Part shown: positions 1 to 10,374 of the stretch, in pieces
Position numbering within the stretch: the first letter of the stretch is position 1
Layout of the letters: each line of letters opens with the position of its first letter
NCBI GenBank assembly: GCA_027317865.1
Contig: DAHVQG010000001.1
Location: 128,001-192,000, forward strand
From: Bdellovibrionales bacterium
Lineage (GTDB): Bacteria; Bdellovibrionota; Bdellovibrionia; Bdellovibrionales; UBA1609
Length of the DNA stretch: 64,000 nucleotides
Direction: 5' to 3'
Position numbers and translations under genes: made by a program
The notes under the pieces: generated by a model
Database searches by the model: none
What the model was told of the DNA's origin: nothing
The model's input: only the letters and a program-made list of their open reading frames with translations

Positions 1-348
1 TTAAATAAACTCGGATTCGTAAACGTCGATGAAGCCGAAGACGGGCGCGATGCAATTGAAAAAATAAAGAACGCGGCAAGTGACAGCCGGCCCTATGCAG
101 TGGTTTTTCTAGACCTCAATATGCCCGAAATGGACGGGCTCAAGACTCTCGAAGTGATACGGCGAGACCCAAATATCCAAGGCACTCCAGTCGTCGTCGT
201 GACGACAGAAAGTGCGAAACCCACCGTGATTTCTGCAGTGATGAAAGGTGTCTCCGGGTACATCGTCAAACCTTTTTCGCCTGATGACATAAAGAAAAAG
301 GTCATCGAAATTTTTCAGCGTTCGCAACAAGAAAGTAACGTGCACTAA
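1..348 (+). CDS. CheY-like single-domain response regulator (5' truncated by window edge)
   Basis: Frame is open from base 1 (LNKLGFVNVDEAEDGRDA...). Receiver motifs FLDLNMPEMDGL, VVVVTT and YIVKPF are present. Confidence 0.85.
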   Translation, partial: LNKLGFVNVDEAEDGRDAIEKIKNAASDSRPYAVVFLDLNMPEMDGLKTLEVIRRDPNIQGTPVVVVTTESAKPTVISAVMKGVSGYIVKPFSPDDIKKKVIEIFQRSQQESNVH

Positions 349-412
349 AAGAAAAGTCGCCCGATATTGACGCGGCACTGGCGCCGTTGCTGAGAGCCTG
401 ATAGATTGATGC

Positions 413-1531
413 ATGGCCAGTTTAAAAATCCTCCACATCGGTAACGAATTGTCTTGGCGTGGTGGCGAAAATCAAGTGCGCCTTCTTATCAGTGGATTGC
501 GTTCTTTTGGAGTGGAATCGTTTGTGGCCTATCCGAAAGAAAGCCGCGGTTTTGTGCGGTTTTCGCAGTTACGCGGGCCGCAAGGTCCCGTTGACGTGTT
601 GGGATTGCCGTCAAGGCGCGCGTTTGACCCGCGGAATGTTCGTGAACTTGTTCGTTGGTGTACCCAGCACAAAATTCAAATTCTCGATGCGCACAGCTCG
701 GGCGCCATGTCGATGGCGATCAAAGTCAAGAAGCGGCTCCCGAAGTTGAAGCTCATCGTACATCGCCGGGTGGATAATCCGATCAAACGCAGTTGGGTTA
801 CCAGGCGAAAATATTTAAATCCAAAAATTGACCGCTATGTTTGCATCTCAAACGCAATTGGCCGAATCGTCGAAGAATACGGTGTCAAACCTGACCGCAT
901 ATCTATTATTCGAAGCGCGGTTGAAGAAACGCCTTATATTCATCTCGACAAAATGGCAGCTAAACACAGTTTGGCCGGGAATTCTGTTCCATTAGATATT
1001 GCGTGGATTGGCAATGCCTCCGCATTTACCAAACAAAAAGGTCACGATACGCTGATCCGTGCCTGTCAAATTCTGCAAGAAAGAAGTGTGAGGTATGTTT
1101 GCTGGCTTGCAGGCGACGGGCCGATGTTGAAGCAATCGCAAAGGTTGGTAGAAGACCTTAATTTGGCCGACGAAATAAAATTCATCGGCCACCTTCAGCA
1201 TGTAACAAAATTTATTTCAGCACTTGATATTCTTGCCGTGCCTTCAAATAACGAGGGACTTGGCACAATTTTGCTAGAAGGCGCGCATGCCCATTGTGCT
1301 TTGGTCGCCTCCAAAGTTGGCGGCATCCCTGAAATCATTCATCACGGTGAAACCGGTTTTTTGATTAAACCCGGCGATGCGCGCGAATTGGCGGATCGTC
1401 TTGAAGAACTTATCACGAATGGCCCGCAACGCGAGAAGTTCGCTACAGCGGCGCGCGATTTTGTTCACGCCAATTTTTCAGTAGAACAAATGGTACGAGG
1501 TAACCTCGAAGTCTACCGCGAGCTTATTTAG
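413..1531 (+). CDS. GT4-family glycosyltransferase (LPS/cell-surface)
   Basis: N-terminal WRGGE motif, KGH, and PSNNEGLGTILLE (Ex7E) with SKVGGIPE; GT-B fold. Convergent with msbA. Confidence 0.85.
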   Translation: MASLKILHIGNELSWRGGENQVRLLISGLRSFGVESFVAYPKESRGFVRFSQLRGPQGPVDVLGLPSRRAFDPRNVRELVRWCTQHKIQILDAHSSGAMSMAIKVKKRLPKLKLIVHRRVDNPIKRSWVTRRKYLNPKIDRYVCISNAIGRIVEEYGVKPDRISIIRSAVEETPYIHLDKMAAKHSLAGNSVPLDIAWIGNASAFTKQKGHDTLIRACQILQERSVRYVCWLAGDGPMLKQSQRLVEDLNLADEIKFIGHLQHVTKFISALDILAVPSNNEGLGTILLEGAHAHCALVASKVGGIPEIIHHGETGFLIKPGDARELADRLEELITNGPQREKFATAARDFVHANFSVEQMVRGNLEVYRELI

Positions 1532-3246
1532 CTGTACTGCATCTCATGAAACTTAAAATATTCGCCTCGGCGGGCGAGAAGTTGGTCGTGGTTGCCCTCT
1601 TCAACAATTTCACCTTTTTTGAGTACGATAATGCGAGTGGCTTTGGCGATTGTTGAAAGTCGGTGAGCGATCACGATAGCGGTGCGGCCCTCAAGAAGTT
1701 GATTGAGCCCTTTTTGGACTTCTTTTTCACTTTCAGAATCAAGAGCGCTGGTGGCTTCATCTAGAATAAGTATAGGCGCATCCTTTAAAATGGCGCGGGC
1801 AATGCTGATGCGCTGCTTTTCTCCGCCTGAAATCCGGCTGCCAAAATCGCCAACCGACGTTTGATATCCAAATGGTGTTTGTTGAATAAACGCATCGGCG
1901 TTAGCAAGCCGCGCGGCTTCGCGAACCTCAGCCGAACCCTTTTCAAGATTGCCAAGTTGAATATTGCGCTCGATCGAATCGTTAAACAAAAACACATCCT
2001 GTGTCACAAGCGCAATGTGCCGCCTAAGATCGCTGAGCCGAATGCGCGATATGGGCGCGTCATCAATTAATATTTCACCCTCTTGAGGGTCAAAAAATCT
2101 TTGCGCGAGATTAGCTAAAGTGGATTTGCCACTGCCGCTGGAGCCGACAATCGCCACTATCTCAGAGCGGTGGATGGTTAAATTAAGTCGCTTTAAAATC
2201 GGCTCATCACCGTATGAAAACGTAACATTTCGAAATTCAATTTTTTGCCAATTTTCTGGAAATGGTAACGGCTCGTCAGGGTCCATTACGTTTGGTTGTG
2301 ACTGTAGAATATTTTCGAGCCGCTCCATTCCGGCGCCGGCCTGCTGTACGCGTATGTAAGCGCTTTGCAACCGGCGAAATGAATCTTGCAGTAGGCCCAT
2401 TGCAAATATGAAGGTCATAAAAGTTGCAACGGTGAGGTGTGAATGAAATATTTGAAAATTGACGAATTCAAATAACCCGATCAAAAAGATCGCCATAAGT
2501 GATTCACTGACCGGACTGCCGAGTTCTTCGCGTGCGACAATTTCGCGCCTCGTCTGAAGATAGAGATCGGCTTGCGCATTGAATTTTCGATGCATTTCGC
2601 CTTCGAGTAAAAACGATTGCACCACGCGTGTTCCGTCAAGACTTTCTTTTAACGTACGCGTGAGATCTTCTAAAGATTCTTGGCTCTGGTGCGCGTATTT
2701 TCGAATGCTGCGCGCGAGATTACGAAGTACGGCGATGACGAAAGGAGCCGCCACGACCAAAAATAAAGTGAGCTTCCAGTCGAGATAAACCATGTAGCTA
2801 AGCAGCCCGACGATCAAAAGCGGTTCGCGTAAGACGTCGGCAATTTTATCGAGACCCTCCCTGATGATGACAATGTCGTTGAGCATACGCGAAATGAGGC
2901 CGCCTGTTCCGCGTTCGATTTCTTGAAAAAACGACAGGTTAAGCGAGAGATATTTATCCATGAGTTGGCGGCGTTGGTTAACCGAAATTTTTTCGGCGGT
3001 GAATTTCATTATGTAAATATGAAAATAGCGGGCGACGCAACTGACGATCCACATGAGCCCGAGCCCCACAGGGAGTAGCCAAATTTCGCGAGTCTCCGTA
3101 TGATTTTGCCAGGCCGTAAAGAGAAGATTCGTCAACGGCGGAATGGCGAGCTTAAATCCACTCGTCACAACTCCGAGAATCAAAACAAGGATGAGGTCTT
3201 TTCGGTAGGCCTTTATTTGAGGCCAAAGTTTTAGCCAGACTTTCAT
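1528..3246 (-). CDS. msbA: MsbA-like ABC exporter (fused TMD-NBD)
   Basis: N-terminal TM domain, Walker A GSSGSGKST, signature ISGGEKQR, Walker B ILILDEATSALD, H-loop IAHRLST. Confidence 0.75.
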   Translation of the reverse strand: MKVWLKLWPQIKAYRKDLILVLILGVVTSGFKLAIPPLTNLLFTAWQNHTETREIWLLPVGLGLMWIVSCVARYFHIYIMKFTAEKISVNQRRQLMDKYLSLNLSFFQEIERGTGGLISRMLNDIVIIREGLDKIADVLREPLLIVGLLSYMVYLDWKLTLFLVVAAPFVIAVLRNLARSIRKYAHQSQESLEDLTRTLKESLDGTRVVQSFLLEGEMHRKFNAQADLYLQTRREIVAREELGSPVSESLMAIFLIGLFEFVNFQIFHSHLTVATFMTFIFAMGLLQDSFRRLQSAYIRVQQAGAGMERLENILQSQPNVMDPDEPLPFPENWQKIEFRNVTFSYGDEPILKRLNLTIHRSEIVAIVGSSGSGKSTLANLAQRFFDPQEGEILIDDAPISRIRLSDLRRHIALVTQDVFLFNDSIERNIQLGNLEKGSAEVREAARLANADAFIQQTPFGYQTSVGDFGSRISGGEKQRISIARAILKDAPILILDEATSALDSESEKEVQKGLNQLLEGRTAIVIAHRLSTIAKATRIIVLKKGEIVEEGNHDQLLARRGEYFKFHEMQYS

Positions 3247-3292
3247 TGCGTAAATTTTAAATTAGCGGCTACGGTGAAAATAAGCAAGCGGG

Positions 3293-4102
3293 TTACCGGT
3301 ACGCGCGGGTAGATTCTCGTTTTCCAGAAAACCCGCGAAAGGGCACAAGCTTGAAATGGGCGCGGTTGAGGGCGCGGTTGAGCCGTCCGGTAGCTGCATA
3401 AGTGGCAAATCCGCAGGGGTCATCGGCGGCTGAAGCGAGTAACCAATCGAGAAATTCATCGTTCCACAGTTCGGGAGTGGCCTTAGTACTGAAGGCATCA
3501 AAGAATATGACGTTGAACTTTTGTTGAAACTGAGCGGTGGAGTCAAGACGTTCACGTATTTGCCAGCGGTTATTGTTGTACAATTCGCGGCCCAAATCTT
3601 TTAATTCTTGTTCACGCATTTTAAAATGCTCGGCAACGCGGGCAACAACATCGCTAAAAAGTCCCGCCACTGACGAGTCATCGTTTTTTATGAGCCAGTT
3701 GGTAAAATTTTTTCGCAGAAACGAATTTGATTCAAAGCTTTCGACGTACACGTTTGAACGAGTGTTTTTAATTTTAGCGAGTGCAATCCATTCGTTGTAT
3801 CCGCATCCAAGACCAACCGACAAAATTTTTAGCTCTCGGTCTCGCAGAAAGGGTTCTTCGAGTAGCGAACCATAAATGTAAAGACTTTCACTTAGCGCTC
3901 CGTCACAGTGATGCATAGCTTCGGGTGACTTCATTTCTTGAGCGCAATCGCTTACATTCCACATGCGAATCGAGGGGCTGCCGTCACGAGTTACAATAAA
4001 CTGAAATGAATAACCGTCTTGTGTGATTGTGGGGGCACCGCTAGAAAGTGGTAGCTCCTTCGCGCTTGCGAAATCGAAGTCAGACTGGCAGTATTGCGCC
4101 AT
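3293..4102 (-). CDS. mnmD: Stand-alone MnmC methyltransferase domain (MnmD/MnmC2-like tRNA nm5s2U34 methyltransferase)
   Basis: Motifs TRDGSPS, MHHCDGALSES, GLGCGYN, FFDAFS...PELW, ATYAA and GFSGKRE. No FAD-oxidoreductase domain. Start is uncertain (ATG 4102 or 4111). Confidence 0.75.
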   Translation of the reverse strand: MAQYCQSDFDFASAKELPLSSGAPTITQDGYSFQFIVTRDGSPSIRMWNVSDCAQEMKSPEAMHHCDGALSESLYIYGSLLEEPFLRDRELKILSVGLGCGYNEWIALAKIKNTRSNVYVESFESNSFLRKNFTNWLIKNDDSSVAGLFSDVVARVAEHFKMREQELKDLGRELYNNNRWQIRERLDSTAQFQQKFNVIFFDAFSTKATPELWNDEFLDWLLASAADDPCGFATYAATGRLNRALNRAHFKLVPFRGFSGKRESTRAYR

Positions 4103-5099
4103 GCAAGCCAATCTACCCTATAATCCGATTAGCCGCCACTACCGGGAGCGGTTTGGGCAAAAAATCTATAAGATCCCAGTTTCAACAGCGACAACCTGCC
4201 CGAATCGGCAGGGGATTCGCGGTATGAAAACTTGCAACTTTTGCGATGCCTGGGGCTCGTCGGCCTACCCGGATTTGCAAAATCAATCGCTTGGGGAGCA
4301 AATTGCCGAATCACGAAAACGAGTTCTTTCACGAATCAACTGTGCTAGATTTTTAGTTTATTTTCAGGCCTACACAACAACTTTTGCCCGCGTTGTTGAA
4401 CTGCGCAAGCATATTGAAATTGCCCTTGCTGAGCCGAACGTCGTGGGAGTGGTTATTGGCACGCGGCCGGATTGCATTTCTGATGCGCTGATTGAACTAC
4501 TGCGCGAGACGAGCCAAAAAGCTTACGTTGCAATTGAATACGGGGTGCAAAGTTTTGACGAAAATCAACTCGTGTGGATGAGGCGCGGGCACACGGCCGC
4601 TCGTTCGATCAAGGCAATTGAAAGGACACGCGAACAGCTCCCACAGGTGCAAATCGGTATCCATCTGATTTTGGGTTTGCCTGATGAACGTGATGGCGAT
4701 CTCATAAAGGCTGCGGAAATTTCAAACGGATTGCCGATTGACGACGTAAAGCTCCACAATTTGCACGTTTTGGTTAATACTCCGCTGGCCGATGACTTTG
4801 CGTCGGGCCGCTTTACGCCGGTTTCACTTGAAGAATACGCGCGGCGTGTGACGATCTATCTGCAACATTTGCGTCCGGGTATGTACGTACATCGTTTAGC
4901 CGCGCTTTCGAGCCGCCATGAAGAACTGGTTGCGCCAAAATGGACAGCGAGAAAAATGGAGTCCTATCAATTTATTTTAGATTATATGCGCGCGCAGGGG
5001 GCTTTTCAGGGGCAATTGTACCGTGAGCGTTTGGGTATTACCGAAAGCAAATGTTGCGAGGGCAAAAATGAAACTCGAATCGATGTCGTTTCGTTATGA
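4101..5099 (+). CDS. TIGR01212-family radical SAM protein (YhcC/YtqA-like)
   Basis: CPNRQGIRGMKTCNFC (Cx11Cx2C), YFQAYT, IGTRPDC, RGH, HLILGLP and VKLHNLH. ATG at 4101. Confidence 0.85.
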   Translation: MQANLPYNPISRHYRERFGQKIYKIPVSTATTCPNRQGIRGMKTCNFCDAWGSSAYPDLQNQSLGEQIAESRKRVLSRINCARFLVYFQAYTTTFARVVELRKHIEIALAEPNVVGVVIGTRPDCISDALIELLRETSQKAYVAIEYGVQSFDENQLVWMRRGHTAARSIKAIERTREQLPQVQIGIHLILGLPDERDGDLIKAAEISNGLPIDDVKLHNLHVLVNTPLADDFASGRFTPVSLEEYARRVTIYLQHLRPGMYVHRLAALSSRHEELVAPKWTARKMESYQFILDYMRAQGAFQGQLYRERLGITESKCCEGKNETRIDVVSL

Positions 5100-6126
5100 T
5101 GGCCGACAAATTTCAGTGCTCGATCAGACACGTTTGCCGCACGAGCAAGTCTGGCTCGATGCAACTGAACCACGGCAAATGATCGAGGCGATTAAATCAT
5201 TACGAGTGCGCGGAGCTCCCCTGATCGGGCTTGCCGCAGCTGTAGCTCTCGCCCATACAGCTCAAACGGTGAACGAAGACGAGGTGCGGACAATTGCGGG
5301 AGAATTGCGTGCGTCACGGCCCACGGCAGTGAATTTGATGTATTGTTTGGACCGGCTGATGAAATTTGCCCCCGGTCAAATGGATGCGGGACAAATGCTG
5401 AACGATGCGGCCGAGCTTTTTTATGAAGATCAAGCGCTTTGCGACAGAATTGCAAAACATGGCGCCGATTTCTTGAAAGAGAAAATCAAAGTTTCACAAT
5501 TCAAAATTCTCACGCACTGTAATACGGGCGGGCTTGCTACGGCAGGCGTCGGTACCGCGATCGGAGTTATCCGCGAGTTAAATAAACAATTGGGGAATGT
5601 ACACGTTTTTGTGGATGAAACTCGTCCACTTTTACAAGGCGGTCGTCTGACGGCGTGGGAAATGGCAAAGCTCTCGATTTCGCACACGCTGATTTGTGAC
5701 AGTATGGCGGCAAGTCTTATGCGCGATGGCCGCGTGAATTGTGTGATCGTGGGGTGCGATCGTATTGCGCGCAATGGTGATTTTGCCAACAAAATCGGCA
5801 CCTATTCTCTTGCCGTTCTGGCGCGACACCATGGCATTCCGTTTTTTGTCGCTGGCCCCAGTACAACGGTGGACTTGCAATGTGAATCGGCAAAAGATAT
5901 TCCGATAGAAGAGCGCGAAGCTGCAGAAGTGCGGGGTGTGACGGGGGCGTTCGGCAATATGACATGGGCCCCCGCGGAGTCACCGGTGTGGAATCCGGCC
6001 TTTGACGTGACACCACATGAATTGGTCGCGGCTTGGATTCTCGATCGCGGCGTCTACACCGAACCGGCGGTAATGGTAGAAGAAATGGTTGGATCAATGG
6101 CTAAAACAGAGCGAAGGGGTCTCTGA
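5068..6126 (+). CDS. mtnA: S-methyl-5-thioribose-1-phosphate isomerase
   Basis: LDQTRLP, VRGAPLIG, RPTAVNL, LTHCNTGGLAT, DETRPLLQG, GDFANKIGTY and NPAFDVTP motifs. Confidence 0.93.
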   Translation: MKLESMSFRYDGRQISVLDQTRLPHEQVWLDATEPRQMIEAIKSLRVRGAPLIGLAAAVALAHTAQTVNEDEVRTIAGELRASRPTAVNLMYCLDRLMKFAPGQMDAGQMLNDAAELFYEDQALCDRIAKHGADFLKEKIKVSQFKILTHCNTGGLATAGVGTAIGVIRELNKQLGNVHVFVDETRPLLQGGRLTAWEMAKLSISHTLICDSMAASLMRDGRVNCVIVGCDRIARNGDFANKIGTYSLAVLARHHGIPFFVAGPSTTVDLQCESAKDIPIEEREAAEVRGVTGAFGNMTWAPAESPVWNPAFDVTPHELVAAWILDRGVYTEPAVMVEEMVGSMAKTERRGL

Positions 6127-6127
6127 C

Positions 6128-6994
6128 ATGTATGCGATAATCGGTGGTTCGGGGTTTGAGAAGTTTGAACGCTTTCATGTTATCGAAGAGCTCCATGTTA
6201 ATACTCCGTTTGGCTTGCACTCGTCCGGCCTTAAACGCGTTCGTGTTGAATCGGGCACAAATAAAGAATCATACGAATGTTTGTTTCTTTCACGTCATGG
6301 TGAACGGCACGAACAACTGCCTTCAGAAGTGAATTTTCGCGCCAATATTTTTGCTTTAAAAAAGCTCGGGGCGCGGGCGGTCTTGTCATTTTCTGCCGTT
6401 GGTAGCCTTCGCAAAGAGTACAAACCGGGCGACATGGTTTTAGCGACACAATATATAGATCGCACTAAGGGCCAACGCGCACATACGTTTACCGGTGACG
6501 GGATCGTTGGTCACGTTTCGCTTGCCCATCCCGTGTGCACGCAGTCGGTCGAGTCTGTACGCCAACTTTCAAAGAAATACGATTTCGACTGCCACTTCGG
6601 CCAAACTTATGTGTGCATCGAGGGCCCATATTTTTCGACAAAATCCGAATCAAATTTTTATCGGCAAATGGGTGCGGACATAATTGGCATGACTCATTAT
6701 CCGGAATTTGCACTCGCGCGCGAGGCCGGTCTGACGTATATTCCGTGTTGTTTCGTGACAGATTACGACTGTTGGGACGAATCAATCGAACACGTTACTC
6801 TTCAAAGCGTGATCGAGGTCATGCGCAAGAATAACGGCAAAGCGTTTCAGATGACAGAAGATATTTTAGCAACAGGTGATGCATTTTACCGCGATTGCAA
6901 TTGTCGCGATCAGGGCCTCCGCGCCGGGCTCATGACTCCGAAAGAATCTATTTCAAGAGAAAAAATGGAGTGGCTCGAAGTTCTTCTAAGTTAG
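6128..6994 (+). CDS. mtnP: 5'-methylthioadenosine phosphorylase
   Basis: IIGGSG, RHG, NFRANIFALK, AVGSL, EGPYFST, IGMT and VTDYDCW motifs; lies directly after mtnA. Confidence 0.9.
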   Translation: MYAIIGGSGFEKFERFHVIEELHVNTPFGLHSSGLKRVRVESGTNKESYECLFLSRHGERHEQLPSEVNFRANIFALKKLGARAVLSFSAVGSLRKEYKPGDMVLATQYIDRTKGQRAHTFTGDGIVGHVSLAHPVCTQSVESVRQLSKKYDFDCHFGQTYVCIEGPYFSTKSESNFYRQMGADIIGMTHYPEFALAREAGLTYIPCCFVTDYDCWDESIEHVTLQSVIEVMRKNNGKAFQMTEDILATGDAFYRDCNCRDQGLRAGLMTPKESISREKMEWLEVLLS

Positions 6995-7002
6995 GGTCGA
7001 CC

Positions 7003-9837
7003 TCAATATTGATCCATCGTGGGGCAAGAGCACACGATATTGCGGTCCCCGTAAACATTGTCGACGCGTGCCACAGCCGGCCAAAATTTTCGCTCTCGAA
7101 CCCAAGATAGCGGGTAGACGGCAACTTCACGCGAATACGGATGCGTCCAGTTGTCGCTCGTTACATCGCGTAAGGTGTGTGGCGCATTTTTGAGCGGGTT
7201 ATCAGTTCGGCTCCATTTGCCATTTTCGATTGAACGAATTTCTTCGCATATCGCGATCATCGCATCACAAAATCGATCGAGTTCTTCTTTCGATTCGCTT
7301 TCAGTCGGTTCAATCATTAATGTCCCCGCAACCGGCCATGACATTGTGGGAGCATGAAAGCCGTAATCCATGAGTCGTTTGGCGATATCATCAACCGTAA
7401 TGTCGGCAGAGGTTTTAAATTGGCGGGCATCAATGATGCATTCGTGCGCAACCCAGCCCGATCGGCCACGATATAAAATCGGATAATAAGGAGCCAATCG
7501 TGCTGCTAAATAATTTGCATTTAATATCGCAACTTGTGTGGCCCTGGTTAAACCATCGCCGCCCATCATCGCCATGTAGGCCCAAGAAATCGGCAATATG
7601 TTGGCTGAACCAAACGGCGCAGCTGCGACGGCTTTAGGTAAAAATGGTCTAAGATGAGCGGCTACCGCGATGGGGCCGACGCCTGGTCCGCCGCCACCAT
7701 GTGGAATGCAAAATGTCTTGTGCAGGTTGAGATGGCAAACATCCGCGCCAAATTCTGAGGGGCGCGCAATACCAACTAAGGCATTGAAGTTTGCACCATC
7801 CATATAAACTTGCCCGCCGTTTTCATGGATGATCTTTGAAATATCTGCGATTGTTTCTTCAAATACGCCGTGAGTTGAAGGATATGTCACCATCAACGCG
7901 GCTAAATGATCTTTATTTTGCGATGCTTTCGTTCTTAAGTCATCCAAGTCGATGTTGCCGTTCTTATCGCAGGCAATGGGCATGACCCGGAATCCCGCCA
8001 TGACGGCGCTCGCCGGGTTTGTTCCGTGCGCGGATGTGGGTATCAAACAAAGATCGCGATGATCTCCGCGCGATTCGTGGTAGGCGCGAATGGCAAGTAA
8101 CCCCGAGTATTCCCCTTGCGAACCCGCATTGGGCTGAAGTGAAACGGCAGAAAATCCAGTCATTTGCATCAGCCAATTTTCAAGTTGATGAATGATCTCC
8201 ATGTACCCGCGGGTTTGCGATTCGGGGGCAAACGGATGCATACGACTCAGTTCTGGCCAAGTGATGGGTAACATCTCAGTGGCCGCATTGAGTTTCATAG
8301 TGCACGATCCAAGCGGTATCATGGACTGGTTCAGAGCGAGATCTTTATTCTCAAGCCTGTGAATATAGCGAAGCATTTCAGTTTCGGAGTGATATTTATT
8401 AAATATAGGATGGGTAAGAAACTTCGTCTCTCGATGTAAATTTGCGGGCCATTCAAAGTTTGTTCCGCCGTTCGTGCCGTCAACGCCGAGATCGCGAATT
8501 TTGTCGCGAAAAATCTCAATCAGTTCGCTTACGTCGTCGTCAGACGTCGTTTCGTCAATTGAAATTAAAATGTCTGTTGCGTGGTCCGGACCTAAAATTC
8601 GGCCGTCACCTAAATTGATTTGCTGGGCTTGAAACGACTGTAAAACAGATTGCACTTCGCGATTTGAGCGAAGTTTCAAGCATACGGTGTCAAAAAATCG
8701 GGCATGGCGAACTTTGAGGCCCATTTGAGCGAGCGCTGAAGCTAGTTTTTGGGCGCGACCATGAATGGTCTGGGCGATTGAGCGCAAACCGTCTTGGCCA
8801 TGATAGACTGCGTACATTGAGGCCATGACCGCAAGTAGGACTTGGGCGGTGCAGATATTGCTCGTGGCCTTCTCGCGGCGAATGTGTTGTTCACGTGTTT
8901 GCAAAGTTAAACGCAAAGCCGGTTGCCCCTGTGCATCTTTTGAGACCCCGATCAATCGGCCAGGCATAAGCCGTAAAAATTCATCTTGTGTAGCAATGTA
9001 TGCGGCATGTGGGCCGCCGAAGCCCATTGGCACACCGAATCGTTGTGTTGAACCGACGGCAATGTCGGCGCCCATTTCTCCAGGAGTTTTCATCAACGCA
9101 AGCGCCATAATATCAGCCGCTACAATGACGTGCGTCTGCGATTGATGGGCTGATTTGATCAACTCGGACCAATCCACAACTTCGCCGGTTGCCGTTGGCA
9201 TCTGGATATAAACAGCAAAACAAGACTCAAGATCATGGGGCGAAAATTTCTTCGCTGAGCCGGTGACAATTTCGATACCCAGCGGTCGGGCGCGCGTTTT
9301 TAAAACCGCAAGAGTTTGCGCAAAAACATCGTCATCAACCAAAAAACGCCGTTTTGCATTCTTCTTTTGCGAATGAAAACTTAGAGACATGGCCTCCGCA
9401 GCCGCGGTGGCTTCGTCGAGCAAAGACGCATTGGCTATCGGTAGCCCCGTCAGATCAGACACCATAGTTTGAAAATTGAGAAGTGCCTCCATTCTTCCTT
9501 GCGAAATCTCCGCCTGATAAGGTGTGTACGCGGTGTACCACCCCGGATTTTCTAAAATGTTTCGCAAAATCACGGTGGGTGTAACAGTGCCGTAATAACC
9601 CTGGCCGATGTAACTTTTAAAAACTTGATTGAAGCTTGCAATTGTACGGGCTTTATTTAAAAACTCGTATTCGCTCAGGCCCGGGCCGAGATCGAGTCGA
9701 AATGACGAACGGACCGCCTTTGGAACAGATTTTTCAATCAATTCATCTAACGAGCGAACGCTGAGTGCACCCAGCATCGCCTCAATGTCTTGGTTAGACG
9801 GTCCAATGTGGCGATCGACAAAGCGGGAACTTGCCAT
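7003..9837 (-). CDS. gcvP: Glycine dehydrogenase (glycine cleavage P protein)
   Basis: [40 protein letters not shown]-lysine motif [18 protein letters not shown], and EPTESE. Confidence 0.97.
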   Translation of the reverse strand: MASSRFVDRHIGPSNQDIEAMLGALSVRSLDELIEKSVPKAVRSSFRLDLGPGLSEYEFLNKARTIASFNQVFKSYIGQGYYGTVTPTVILRNILENPGWYTAYTPYQAEISQGRMEALLNFQTMVSDLTGLPIANASLLDEATAAAEAMSLSFHSQKKNAKRRFLVDDDVFAQTLAVLKTRARPLGIEIVTGSAKKFSPHDLESCFAVYIQMPTATGEVVDWSELIKSAHQSQTHVIVAADIMALALMKTPGEMGADIAVGSTQRFGVPMGFGGPHAAYIATQDEFLRLMPGRLIGVSKDAQGQPALRLTLQTREQHIRREKATSNICTAQVLLAVMASMYAVYHGQDGLRSIAQTIHGRAQKLASALAQMGLKVRHARFFDTVCLKLRSNREVQSVLQSFQAQQINLGDGRILGPDHATDILISIDETTSDDDVSELIEIFRDKIRDLGVDGTNGGTNFEWPANLHRETKFLTHPIFNKYHSETEMLRYIHRLENKDLALNQSMIPLGSCTMKLNAATEMLPITWPELSRMHPFAPESQTRGYMEIIHQLENWLMQMTGFSAVSLQPNAGSQGEYSGLLAIRAYHESRGDHRDLCLIPTSAHGTNPASAVMAGFRVMPIACDKNGNIDLDDLRTKASQNKDHLAALMVTYPSTHGVFEETIADISKIIHENGGQVYMDGANFNALVGIARPSEFGADVCHLNLHKTFCIPHGGGGPGVGPIAVAAHLRPFLPKAVAAAPFGSANILPISWAYMAMMGGDGLTRATQVAILNANYLAARLAPYYPILYRGRSGWVAHECIIDARQFKTSADITVDDIAKRLMDYGFHAPTMSWPVAGTLMIEPTESESKEELDRFCDAMIAICEEIRSIENGKWSRTDNPLKNAPHTLRDVTSDNWTHPYSREVAVYPLSWVRERKFWPAVARVDNVYGDRNIVCSCPTMDQY

Positions 9838-9861
9838 GATTACGAGGTCCCCTTTTTGGGT

Positions 9862-10374
9862 TTATACGGTCACTTTTTTCGCACGCGACTTACTTTTTGA
9901 TTTTGTAGTTTTTTTTCTTTTCAAATTTTTCGTAAATTTCTGTGAGGCTTTGACAAGTGAACCGCGTTGTTTCGCAATTCGCGCCCGTATATCTTTCAAG
10001 TGCTTTTCGGCGTCTTGCCGGGTCTTTTTCAAAACGCGCAGACTTTTATTAAATTCGCGGTCGAATTGTTTTTGCGTGCGGGCCACAAGTTTCATGACCT
10101 CGTTGTACCGTTGCTCCAGTTTTTTTAGGCGCGCTTTTGCCAGCGGGCCCAAATGAGCATTAATATCGAAATTCTGAATTTCACTTTGAACTTCGTTCGC
10201 TATTTTTTGAATTTCAGATTTGAGTTCAGAAAAATTTTTAACTTTCAGCAATTCTTCAAATCTCATCATCCAACGGTTTTCTTCTTCAGTATCGATGGGT
10301 TCCGGTACTGTAGCGGTTGGCGGGGTATGAACGGATTCGGGAGTCGTTTCGGTCGGATTTTGATTTTGTTCCAT
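9862..10374 (-). CDS. Hypothetical coiled-coil protein with Lys-rich C-terminal tail
   Basis: SD-like TAAGGAG before ATG at 10374. Helical heptad-like body and tail KRKKTTKSKSKSRAKK. Confidence 0.7.
   Translation of the reverse strand: MEQNQNPTETTPESVHTPPTATVPEPIDTEEENRWMMRFEELLKVKNFSELKSEIQKIANEVQSEIQNFDINAHLGPLAKARLKKLEQRYNEVMKLVARTQKQFDREFNKSLRVLKKTRQDAEKHLKDIRARIAKQRGSLVKASQKFTKNLKRKKTTKSKSKSRAKKVTV

Noticed and set aside
3358-3382. Perfect 12-bp tandem duplication GGGCGCGGTTGA x2 in mnmD
   Set aside because: It is in frame (LNRALNRA) with only two copies. There is no sign of phase variation or an array.
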